Shown one piece after another: positions 35,701-47,204 of a stretch of 64,000 nucleotides of DNA. The translations under genes and the position numbers were made by a program. The stretch lies in assembly GCA_029953675.1 (NCBI GenBank), contig JAMWBK010000006.1, forward strand, positions 992,001-1,056,000, written 5' to 3'. How positions within the stretch are numbered: the first letter of the stretch is position 1; every line of letters begins with the position of its first letter. Under the pieces are notes generated by a model that was given only the letters and a program-made list of their open reading frames with translations, was not told the DNA's origin and searched no databases. The DNA comes from Rhodosorus marinus CCMP1338. Taxonomy: Eukaryota; Plantae; Rhodophyta.

Positions 35701-36129
35701 CAATCTTCCGCTGATTCGCAGAGTCTAGTAGTGAACGTCGCAGAGACATGGATAAAAATTGAATGAAGAGCCGTGTATATCAAGTGGGATCTACTAGTGT
35801 CCGTTCACTCGTACATCTAAGAGAGTGAGTTGCAAGGCATATGCACTGTATAGCATGTTTAAGCAATGGACATTAAGATTCGAAGGAGTATGGAGATGTC
35901 AAGGATGGTAGAAAGAGGAAAATAACTTAAAAATAAAACTCCGGAAAAGTAATAGGGACGAGGTGGGAATGTACAAAGAGAAAACGTGTCATGGGACGCT
36001 AGGACAGCAGGTTCCCACTCAAGTGAGGGAAGGACTCGTTCCCTCGCTTAGAACCAGCCTCCGCCCCCCTTCTCATGAGCGAGAATCTCCTTGCGTTCCC
36101 TTCGCTCATTCCTTCATTCGTATCAATAG

Positions 36130-36790
36130 GGAACTAGTACGTTTCCAGCTATTGGTTCCACTCGTCAAGAAGCTTAGATAGAGGAAAGGAATCCCGAGAA
36201 AATTTTCCTTTGGGGCTGGTTGTTTTTGAGTTGTCGCACTCCTTCTCTGCCTAGAAATCCTCACTACCCGCGAACCCGTCTTGCCAATGGTTCCTTGCGG
36301 AGAGAACCAGTACCCTTCCGGCGAGTAGTTCCACTCGTAAACGAGCTTTGATGGAGGAAAGGAGTGACGAGAAAAATTTCGTTTGGGGCTGTCGGTTTCC
36401 TTTTGAGTAGTCGCATTCTTTCTCTCCCGAGAAATCCTCACTGCCCACGAACCTGTAAGCCAGCAACTCCGCTTTCCAATGGCTCCGTGCGGAGCCAACT
36501 AATATGTTTCCGGCGACTAGCTCTATTCGTCAAGGAGCTTTGATGGAGAGAAAGGAGTCCCGAGAAAAATTTCGTTTGGGGCTGTCCGTTTCCTTTTGAG
36601 TAGTCGCATTAGTTTTCTCCCGAGAAATCCTCACTGCCCACGAACCTATAAGCCAGCAACTCCGCTTTCCAATGGCTCCGCGCGGAGCCAACTAATATGC
36701 TTCCGGCGACTAGCTCCGCCGTCAAGGAGCTTTGATGGAGGAAAGGAGTCCGATGAAATTTTCGTTTGGGGCTGTCGATTGGTTTTGAGT
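36130..36790. repeat. Non-coding tandem array of ~173-193-bp units (about 3.5 copies)
   Basis: The anchor tggggctg recurs at 36211, 36384, 36577 and 36767. Other shared segments include gagaaatcctcact(a/g)ccc and gctttgatggag. Confidence 0.92.
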
Positions 36791-36999
36791 ATTTGGACTC
36801 AACTGGGAAGCGACGAAGGGACTTTGAAGATGGTGTAGGTACATGTGAGCTGGGTTGAAAGAGCTAGAGAAAGCTTTTGGAGTAGTGTGAATGTGTTTAA
36901 GCATGTTTGTATACAGACATTAGAGAATGTGCTTATTATGTTGTTTGTGGACCTTTGTGGGAGTAGGATTTTTGTTTTGGGGAGGGGTTGGAAGGAGTG

Positions 37000-38436
37000 A
37001 TGGAGGAGTACAGGGCGCTTGCGGCGGAACGGTACGGAAGGTGGAGGGAGGAAGGTGGAGGATGTGAAGTGGAAGATGTTTATGTTGGGGCACAGCTGAG
37101 CGAGAAGCTTTTGACGCAGTGGCGGGAGTATCTCGTCCGCGCTGCGTTGAAGGGAAGCGATCCAGTTTTGTACAAGTATCGGAGGGGCCCGACGGGACAG
37201 GCGCTGGGTCGGGGTGAAATTCCCGCGGGGAGTGTGCTGGATGTTTATGTTCGACAAGTAGCGAGGATTAGATATCAGACGTACAAGGAACATGGATATA
37301 GATTCATTGTAAAGCCGTGTACTACGAGGTTTGGGATAAGAGGTAACAGAGGCGCTAAATTGGTGGTCAAAAGCAGACAACCCCAACCTCTTTTCATGGT
37401 AGTTAACGAGAACTCCTTGTCCTTATACAGGTCTAGGCGATGTTCAGAGTGATAATAGCGAGGACGTTCTATCTGTTAATAGCACAAACTGGCTAGACTT
37501 GGCACTGTACAAAGAGGCTCAAGCCGCGAAGTGGAACCTTGCACGTTCAGTTAGAGCGCACAAGGGAGACAAGCATGTTGGCACTTCGGTCGAACCCCGC
37601 AAACCAAGAGTGTTGGGATCGGGCGAAGGTACGAAACCTCACCAAAGTTCGTTGCGTATGCGCAACAACTTGTGAATACTCATTACTGCCTGTTGCTTGA
37701 CTGGCTGCAGGATTGTTTATGTCAGAATTGCTTCAAACGTATGTAGAGATTGCTCGTTTGGGATATGCGCAGCGACCTTTGGGGAATGCGAGGGGAAATA
37801 AGACCCCGGCGTTAGGGCATCGCACACAGACTTTTGAGATTACCCATGATACATTTGAGATGGTTGCAAGGGAATATGAGTGCAAACCGGACGAGTTATA
37901 CAAGCGAAAAAGCTCGAAGAGATATGCTGCGTTCAAAAGAAAGGTATGAGTATCCAGCGACACTTCCACCGACGTGTGGGGTGTTGACCAAACATATCTT
38001 TAAACTGTGATCGTTCTCGTCAATCCACAGAGAGCCGAACTGGAGCAAAGAGAGATTAGGAAGTTCCGTCGTGCAGAAACTGAGATGCTCAGACGTCGTG
38101 TTAGGGACGGTGACCGGGTGCGGGCTGACGAAAATTCACTGAACCGCTTCTTTTTCTGCAACGAGAATAACACCTACGCGTACTGCACTAAAATCCCGGA
38201 GGCCGGCAGGTAATATAGCGCTCAGAGCTCTTGACTAGCGACTCATGTACGCCCACTGAAACTCTTTGTGAGCATATCTGACGCACTTCATGGCTATTAA
38301 CGTGTGCAGATACAAGGACAGCATGTTGGAGAAGTATTCTCAAGCGGAACCCAACGAAGAAGAAGCTCTGACGGCGCAGGAGATTCTGACTTCTAAGCCC
38401 TCGTTTAATATGCGCGTCATGAACCGCTTCGGCTAA
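37000..38436 (+). CDS. Hypothetical protein, 5 exons, ~360 aa; no family recognised
   Basis: Four GT-AG introns join ORF fragments into one open frame ending ...SKPSFNMRVMNRFG* (TAA 38434-38436); G/T-rich leader typical of genes in this window. Confidence 0.6.
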
Positions 38437-38921
38437 GCCCGAAAATCGAAACTTCGCCTGGAAGCTTACTGACGTGACTAACAGAAAAACATATTTAAGA
38501 GAGCGAAAAGGATACACAGAATGAAAAAAAAAAGTACATCTAGCAGTCCAGGGTCTAGAGTCCAGGGTCTAGCAGTTTAGGGTGTAACAGCTCCAGTGTC
38601 CCCGAGGAAGAGTAGTAGTACAAGACTCTTTGCCAACTAGCATCGAGTTTATAGATCATGCTGGTAGCTCCCTGATGAACCCATCAGCACCCCAGTCTAT
38701 CGACGGGACGGATCATCTGCTGCCTCGGAGCTTAGTTTTTCACAACCTTCCCAGGACATACTCGAGTCCTTCGATGCTCACCAAACTGAAAGGTTCGGGC
38801 CAAGCAGAAAGGCTAGAGTTCAATTGAAGAAACGTGGGCCACGCGCATGGCGTGCAGAGCTTGTTTCGGCGTTCCGGCTCTATTTGAACTCCGCTTGCCA
38901 CGCTTTTTCTAGAACTCTTCC

Positions 38922-40530
38922 TCAAGTTGCCCCAGGGTAGCAGCCTTCATCTTCGGAGTCGTCCACCTTGGTGAAGAAGGGGTGCTCCATTGCCTCCTGC
39001 GCCGTAAGTCTAGTTGCATGATCGTATCTAGGTTCAAAAGCCCCAAAATGAATTCAGATAATAGCAAGACCAAAACTCATGGAGCACAGGCTTCTACACT
39101 TCAGTCCGCCAGTGAAAGCGCCAGAACCTGAAAACGAGCTGGATTCGGACTGTGGATCACAAGATCCCAATGGTCGCACTCACCGTAACATCTTTGAGAG
39201 CAAGTCGAGCGAAGATGGGGTAACAAGATGAATGTTTTTCGACGTCACGAAATTCGACCAAGGCTGCTTCGGATGTTCTCCAATAAGATCCATAAACTCA
39301 TCGTCCAGAACAATTCCATACTTCTTCATGTACTGGAACAGCTCGTCGGTTCCCATCACCTTCGCAATCTGCCGCAACTGATCCTGGTTGTTTCTGCCTT
39401 TGAACATGGGTTCCTTCATGAATATGATTCCAGCTAGAACACAGCCAAGGCTCCAGATGTCTAGCGAGTAGTCGTAGTCTTGCAGGTCTATAAGCAGCTC
39501 CGGAGGCTGTTGTTGTGTTCAAAGCGGGGCCGAACAAAGTATAATGTCAGCAAAGAGTCCGGCGCTGACGCGATTGTCGACGGAGATTTTTCGTGCCTTG
39601 AAGTAAGTGGATGCGACACGAACGTTGAACTCCTTGTGAGGGAAATAGTACTCGGCGAGACCCCAATCTATAACTCGCAGCTTTCGCTTTGACAAGTCAA
39701 ACATGATATTGCCTGGTTTGAGGTCTCTGTGAATGACGCCATTGGCGTGCGCGTAGTCAACAGCTCGTAAAGACTGTGAGAGATAAGTAGGGAGATTTCT
39801 ATTGAGCGTCATAGACAATGAACCGCAAGTACTACTGACAGTTACAGTGACCTTGTTAGTAATATGAGCTGAACGTACCTCCTGGATATAGAAACGTACG
39901 TCGTCAATTGTGAAAGTGGAAAAAAACTGCTTGTGATCGGAATTGTTCACATGCTCAAAGATTAGTGATGGAACCTTTGAATCAGGATCAAGGCAGACGT
40001 CCAAAAGCTTCACAACGTTCGGCCCTCCGAAGAGCGTCGTAAGAATTGAAATCTCACGCCGAATTTTTCGGGGCTTCACAGGCTTCAAAACCTGTTTAGA
40101 GGAGAGACGCTTATAAGCAACAAAAAAAAGAAACCCACTCGCTTTGTTTAGGAGATAGGCTGGGTCTCACCTTGATGATACACTTCTTCCTATTCAGACA
40201 ATTTACCGCTTCGAAGACGTCACTGTACTTCCCTCTACCAACTTTCTGCACTGCGTCGTACTGATCTTGCCCACTGATGTTTTACAAATACCCAGAAAGC
40301 AAAAAAGAGGAAGCGGAGAAAGCTTTTAAGAAGAAGACCAAATACACATCGTCACAAAGACTTCAAAAGCCAAATCCTTCAAAGCCATGGAAAGCCGAGC
40401 AGAAGTCCACTTACCCCCATTTAATCTCGATCTTCTCATAATCCCAAAAAGTCGGCGGGCGTTCCACATTCACATCCCTATAGACCTTGGCTACACTCGT
40501 CATCCCACCTCTCCTCTTCCTCGCCTTCAT
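38922..40530 (-). CDS. CKA1: Casein kinase II catalytic alpha subunit; multi-exon (ATG at 40530 or 40503)
   Basis: [83 protein letters not shown]. Confidence 0.97.
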
Positions 40531-41939
40531 CTTCTCACTCTCGGGCCCAGCAGGGCCCGAAGTGGTCCCAGAACGCTTACGAGACTCCGTCTCGTCCTTT
40601 CTTCAAACTGCAATAAAACCCACGCTATGCAAACGACCTTCAACCAACCACCAATCCCACCTCTCTCTCTCTTTTCCGGACAAGAAGCTAAGGAAACCTT
40701 CTATCCACTCTATTATCCAGCTATCTCAATCCGAGCGTCTTCATCAGCCCAAAGCCGCTTCTCCTTTCCAGTGTCGTGTACGAACAGCTTGTTCTCCTAG
40801 CTCAACGTCCTTGTCCGCTCCGTGGGCGCAGGGTAAGATTCTAAGTGCAAGATTTCAGGAGGCACAAGACGATGCTAGTGGAGAAATATGTGAGTTCGTC
40901 TTTGACGGTTGCGAAAGCTCTGCTTGACCCCAAGACCGAAACCGAATCGCATCTGCGTTTTCACCTTCCACAAACGTTCGATGTAATGCATTGCCGTGAT
41001 CAACATGTTAAAACAACGATTCGGGAGATGTACGCATTTGAGACAGACGTCCAGGATGGTTGCTACTCAGCGGACTCGGGGAACCGGCTTCCGAGAAGTT
41101 GGAGCTTACCCAAGGGGGAGAGCACAACGCGACACCATGCGAAAAACCAGTAGTGGGAGGGGAGAGGTGGTTTTCTCCTAAATCTGACGATACCCGGCAA
41201 CCACTTCTTCAGCGAGAGAGCGCTCGCAGGTTTAGCGTTCGTCGGAGGAGGGCTGAGGCTCGCTACCACCGCCTTGCCATCTGCAAACCCATAGACTGCG
41301 GAGCTTTCGTCTCTTTCTCCAGTCCCAACCTATGCCTGTTATCGTGAAGGCCGGTCGATAACATAAACATTTAGCCTGCTTTCTTCTAGTCTCCCGCTTT
41401 CCAAATTTAGGGTCCGTAAAAACCCAAAGGAATGTCCAAGACGAATGATTACAGTTCTATTTCTTGGGCTGGGAGGAAGTCAAGCGGTCATATTTGGGGG
41501 AGATTTGAGAATATGATCTTTCGTGGTCATAAATTCTTATTTTTGTCCAACCTGTTTCTTGAATAATAGTATTAATGACTTTTTGGTATTTATCTGGGTG
41601 GTTTAGAAGGAATAGTGGCTTATTTTGGACTGATTAGATTTGAGAATCCATTGGTTAACGTGTGTGGATAGATTGCACTGAGATTTACCTTGCAAGGTGT
41701 TGTAGGCGACCAGATGCGCATCTTGCATCACCACTGCCACAACGTCTCCCAGGTGAACGCTCTGCGGCTGTTCCACATTTACATAAAAACCGCGGTCAAA
41801 GCTCAGCGGTTGGATCGCCTCATGCACTGCTGCGCTGCAAAGGTAATTGTACAGAACAGCTGGCCTGGCTTAGGATGGTAAACGAGCCAACTTAGGGTGC
41901 GCTGTTTTCCTCGTTGATTTTCAACTTTTTTTTTTTCCC

Positions 41940-42190
41940 ACACACTCGACTGGATCACAGACCGTCTCAAGCTGTTCCATACGTTGGTTACGTTGATACA
42001 AGATAGTTCACGACATGTTTCCATCGCTGACTGCGGTAGGTGGGGCTCAGTCCAAGAGTAGTAGCTCGACAATCGGTCTCTCTGGAATATTCTCTTGTCC
42101 GGTTAGTTTATTCACCACACTCGACCGGATCACAGACCATCTCAAACTGTTTCATGTACTGGATATTTGTTACAAGATAGTCTCGGAAAG
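41940..42190 (-). repeat. Degenerate tandem duplicate (175-bp offset) of the last ~70 bp of the LeuB-like CDS, lying in its 3' flank
   Basis: cacactcgac(t/c)ggatcacagacc at 41941 and 42116; the second copy is frameshifted and contains a stop. Confidence 0.85.
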
Positions 42191-43904
42191 TGTCGGCACT
42201 GACTATCTCCCTGCCATTCAGATCCTCCTCAGGGACGTAGGTCGCAATTCTCTCAGTTACGCAATCCTAGTGGTCCAAAGCGCCGTGAAAAACACTGATC
42301 AGCCGCCCTGTTACGTACGCAGGGCTGGCTTGCTTTTCGGCATTTCTGTAAAACTCACCTCGAATGTCTTCATCAGAGCCTTCTGCAAAAGGTCTGCAGC
42401 AGCTGGCTCATCCAGTCCGTAGCGAAGCATCATACTGACTGCACGGATGATTGAAATCGGCCCTCGGCTGTAGTCCTGAACACTTGATTCAACGTAAGCT
42501 GAGGCGTTGTAGAGGTCGGCTGGGCCATGTATAGACAGGCCATTCTCGCAAATCCAGGAGGCCGGATTGATCCTCGCGGGTCCATGTAGGCTTGCCAACA
42601 ACTAAGCACGTGAGCAAAACGTCCTCGTGCTTGAGTTCTTTTGTGAGCTTCATGCACTACTCTTTCGAGTACTCTCGTTCATCTGGCAGGGAGACGGAAA
42701 CGACAAACTTCTTCTTCTGCTTACCTCAGCAACAACGTCCCCGAACAAGTTGGAAGTGCAGACCACGTCGAACTGCTTGGGGTTGATCACCACTGCCCGA
42801 CAGAAATCATCAACGAACATATCCTCAACTGCGATGTCTGCTCGATCCATGAGCGTCTTCTTCATGGTACTGTGCAAATTGTTTCTCCAAAACCTGGAAA
42901 CCTTCAGCTGGTCCGCCTGGTTGGTTGTGGTGATTGCAGTGGGCTAAGGTTTGCTAGTTCGGGTTTGCTTCCTTGAGAGTTTTGGTGACGTTTGCTTACC
43001 CGATCCACATTGAGGACCCTCCCGCTTCTCCTCTCAGCAAGATCCAGGACCAGATTTGCAAATCGTTCGACTTGTTGTTTCTCGTATCGCATTAAAGAAT
43101 CAGCTTCGTCGGCGTCCTCGACCTATGGAGAATCACATATCAGCAGAGAGGCGTCGACTCCTCTTTAGTGTTCATGCCTATCGCGTCACTATAAGGTGCA
43201 TGGAGTGCGTCAGCTTTATCAACCATATACCTGCAATACTCCAGTCTCCCGTTTTCTCAACACGCCTCCAGAAATCTCGCGAACGAGAAGCAGGTCGACT
43301 CCATTTACTTTATCCTCCTTGAACACGGACATGCTTGACAGCGGTGAGTATACCCTCGTGGGAAGAAGCTGCGCGTAGACATCGAGCTCAGATCGAAGCA
43401 CAAGGTGAGCATTCTCATCTACGGGAGCATCCTTTGCAGTTCCTTTTTGGGGGTGAAAAACGGAAAGAAGGCTTTGTCAACGGAAGCACAGTTTCCTCTT
43501 GAACCCGCGCGGGGAAGGCACTCATCAACAACAAAAAGCTCTCCCTCACCTTGATACGACTTCAAAACTGAGTCTGCTTGTTTGCATTTCTCCACTGTTT
43601 CTTCAGGAACTAGTGAGCCACTCTCCTTCAACGCACCCTCTCCATATTCAGCCCAGTCAATCTTGAAGTGCAGATCCGTATAGTCCTGCAGCGCCTCCAC
43701 AACACTCACCGCAATCTCAGCCATCTCCGGGCCCCTACCATCTCCTTTCAGCACAGTTATCTTGTACGGGTTATCCACCTCACCAGTCCCAGAAACCTTG
43801 GCAGATAAACGCCCCACACCTCCCCTCGATCTCGCACAAGTCCCATCCCTCCTCCCAGATACCCGTAAACCCGCTGGCCCAACAAACCCACTCACCCCTC
43901 CCAT
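42108..43904 (-). CDS. Plastid-targeted 3-isopropylmalate dehydrogenase (LeuB/IDH-fold) paralog with degenerate active site; multi-exon
   Basis: YKITVLKGDGRGPE, LRSELDVYAQLLP, DLLLVREISGG, NVDRADQL, SRFWR, EDMFVDD, NPKQFDVVCTSNLFGD, MMLRYGL; transit peptide MGGVSGFVG. Confidence 0.85.
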
Positions 43905-45542
43905 TTTTTTTCCACTTTCTTCTTTTTCAAACCTTGACCGTTCCAAATTTACAATCCAGCTCTTCACTACCCTCCCCTTCTTCCTTCCGCCAAACTCCGG
44001 AAAACGGACCCCCACGAGTATACCACCCACCGACCCGGACCCCACTCCTAACCACCTCTCCTCCCCCCCGACCACATTGTCCAACAGAATAAACAAAGCA
44101 CATTGCCAAGACCCACCAAACAATTTAATGGATCGCCGAATCCCCCTATGTAAATATACCCTTTTTCTGCATTGTAATTAATTAAATTAATATTTTGAAG
44201 GATTAATCTGAAATGGATACAAATACGACGAGGGGTAAATAATTGCCGGACGCCCGGCCATCACTCTCGATCGGGAGAATGGGGTTTTTAGGTGATTTCT
44301 TGGACTGGGCTTTTGGGATCGATGATTGGATGTTTGGCAGGTGGGGATGGAAGACGAGTCACTCTGAGGACAATTGAAGAATCCTACAAGGAAGCTAGAT
44401 GCAGGTATAGTTTTTGGTCGCTTCGTTCTCAGGTACCTTCCTTCCCAACCTCCTCAGGAAAAGCAACCGTCTTCCCCCGCCCTCCCCCCCCCTCCACGGC
44501 CCCCCTTCCCTTGGGGAGATTTTTGATGAAACAGTAGGTGTGGGGGCGGTGGACAAGAGGTGAGTGGAGAAGCCGTGAAACTTTTTTCCCTTGCTAGGTT
44601 TTGTAGGAGGGAGAGAACGCGAAGAGAGAAGATTGGCCTGCTCTCTGAGTAGGAATGTCGGAGCTGTCCCCGCTCCTAAGAAGATATCTTGAATGAATAT
44701 GTTAGTTCGGAGACTAACAAAACCGCCTTGGGGTGAAATGCAAGGGAACTGAAGCCGTAAATCGCCCCGCCTCTAACATCAAAGCAGATTTCATATTGCG
44801 TCGAGCTTTGAGAAAGCAATAGTGTGCTCAACTGGACTGAGTGTCTCCAGAGGGATTGTTCCTTTCTTTCTGGTGCCTTTCTGAGATGAACTGCATTGGA
44901 CCCAAGTAGACATCGTAGGCGATGGCGTCAGCTGTGGACTCGGTCTCGTAACCTCGCAAGGATAGTTATGCCGTGTATGCATCTGAGAGCGTATTGCTGA
45001 TGTTTGCATGAATTTCTTTCGCAGCGTGGACTAGCATCCTCTTCTCCAAATGTGTTGTGCATTGTTGAGTCAGGTGTGCCTTTGTAGTACGAAACTGGGG
45101 GTTGCTGTGATAATGTGAGCGCGTGAAGCATAAATAGTGGACTGGCTTTCGTACGCCTACTAGCTCCTTCGTGCCCATTGTTGTGTTACTGCGGGCAACA
45201 TTGCGCGCGCCGGTGGGAGTGCGAGACGGTGAACAACGTCGGTTTATTGCTCTCAATTCAGCTACGGAGTCTGGTACACCTCCTCGCGTCAGCTGGTCTC
45301 TCCGCAAAATGCAGAACCAGAGCAACAACGACCCTGAAAGATATGGTGTTAGCTCTTTGTCGCCAGTGGAGGCCTCAAACTTCACTGCGTACAACGTCAG
45401 TCGACAATAGGCTTTTTGTTATTACCAAAACGATTCCCAGCAAATTCGCGCATAGAACAATCAGCAACAATCCCAGTTGATGGAAAATCAGTGTTGATCC
45501 GCTCGCGTTGCAAGAAATGCTCCTGTGCTGGTGTCGTCGGAG

Positions 45543-46978
45543 TTAAAGCCCACTGAGCTTATCAATGTTGGCACTAACAACGCCGAACACAACCAGGAAA
45601 GCGATGAGCCCGATCAGGGCAGCCACTTGCAATCTCTGCTCTCCCGCACTCTGAAGCTCAACAATGGTCTGTGAGAGGTCATTTTGCACACCGTTCTTGT
45701 CAATGTCCGAGACTCTGTAGATCCAGGTGCCCGGTTCAGGTGATTTATCCAGCCAAGAGTAGTCACCGCCTGGAATGAACGCAATTGAAGAAGGGTGAGA
45801 ACACGGTCAGTCCGGTCCAGCAGACGCAAGATTCCTCCAGATTCGAACACATTATCAAACGTTGCTTGGAACTCACCCTGAGCTCCCTTGGACGTGAGCT
45901 CCGCTGGGTGTGAGTCGTAGTCCGCAACTTTCACCCAGTCCTGAGTTTTCCCCTTCCTCTTACGGACGACAAAGCCCTGGTTTCTAGGCTCCGAACCTAA
46001 CGAAAGAAAAGAAAACGACAGGATAAGGGGAGCGGGGCATGCGTTTCAGCACGACTCTCAGAATTGGATCCGAAGTATAGTTCACCGATCCGAAGTATAG
46101 TTCACCCCTCCTCGTCTTGAATAAGTTGACTACGTACCGGTTGACCAAGTGAGCAAAAGCTCATCTCCGAGCGACTTGTACTTAAGCCCAACTCCCGCAA
46201 GTTCTTGCGCTTGCGGATCTGTCGCCAGATTCCCAACAGCATCACTCTGCAGCGCTCAGCGAAAACCAGCCAGGCTTAGTCTCACGTGTAAGATCTTTTG
46301 AACTATATGTGGACCATAATACCTTGCTCTTAATCCCCATTGATTCAACGTCTTCAATCACGGCTCCAACCATCCATGGTGCATAAGCAGTACCATCCGC
46401 ACGGTACATGCTCGCTTTCCCACCGACCTTCTTTTTCTTCTCCCCCTTCCCTTGTGCCCTGGCAGCCTTTTTCTTCATTTCCTCAACAGGATCGAGACCA
46501 CTGCGCTCCAGATCCTATAGAAGTGAGATTTTCTATCAGAGAAACATGGAGAATTGGTGGCAGATACCAAAGTGCCGGTACAGCTACAAACTTCATCAAA
46601 GTTTGACCTCGACCAGAAGATTTATCTCAGGGTACGTCTCACCGCGTAGTATCCCGGATACGGCTCTGGCGGAAGTACAAATTCCTCCTCTTCCGTCTTC
46701 TCTTCACTCATTCGGACAATGTGAGCCCTTCGAGCCTCAGAGCGCGATACAAACCCACCGCCATTACGCCTGAACTGCACGCCTCCACTGCGAGAGACAG
46801 TTCCTACTAGACCAAAAAAAACAACAAAAACCACTCAGGCGACGTGTTCAATTACAATCCAAACGTTAGAACAGCTACAAGAGGACTAGAACAGAGTGAG
46901 AATTATCCAGCCGGGCTGGTGTGAGTCCCTCCATCGCTCACCATTCGCTCCAATCGCGCCTCCGACGAATGCGAACAT
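45543..46978 (-). CDS. Plastid-targeted protein with an FN3/Ig-like beta module and a C-terminal transmembrane anchor; multi-exon
   Basis: MFAFVGG transit start; spliced module LLLTWSTGSEPRNQGFVVRKR...DYSWLDKSPEPGTWIYRVSDIDKNG; C-terminal VAALIGLIAFLVVFGVVSA helix; TAA at 45543-45545. Confidence 0.7.
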
Positions 46979-47178
46979 TTTCTTCTCCTTCAAGAGAAAC
47001 ACAAGAAAAGGAACCAACAGGAAGGACCTACGTTACCCTACTGATCTGCTGCCCTTGAACACAGACTCCAAGAACAACAGCAAATACAACTCTAGAATAA
47101 GAACTAGTCTTTCCTCCCTCCCACCCTTCCCAACCTAAGACAAAAGCCTCGCCATCCAAATCCAAACTGGGGGATTGA

Positions 47179-47204
47179 TCACCTCCACCAGTTGGTGGAG
47201 GTGA
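47179..47204. promoter_or_regulatory. Perfect palindrome (12-bp arms, 2-nt spacer) about 200 bp upstream of the ATG at 46978
   Basis: tcacctccacca-gt-tggtggaggtga. A regulatory role is inferred from position only. Confidence 0.4.

Noticed and set aside
36021-36060. Hairpin as a Helitron 3' terminus
   Set aside because: No CTRR end at the expected distance and no Rep/helicase remnants.
36130-36790. Regularly spaced repeats as a possible CRISPR array
   Set aside because: Whole 173-193-bp units are homologous with no unique spacers, there are no cas genes, and the context is eukaryotic.
40387-40927. Plus-strand ORFs, one with a signal-peptide-like start ([18 protein letters not shown])
   Set aside because: Antisense to the purine-rich first exon and leader of CK2-alpha; the hydrophobicity is a by-product of the complementary pyrimidine tract.
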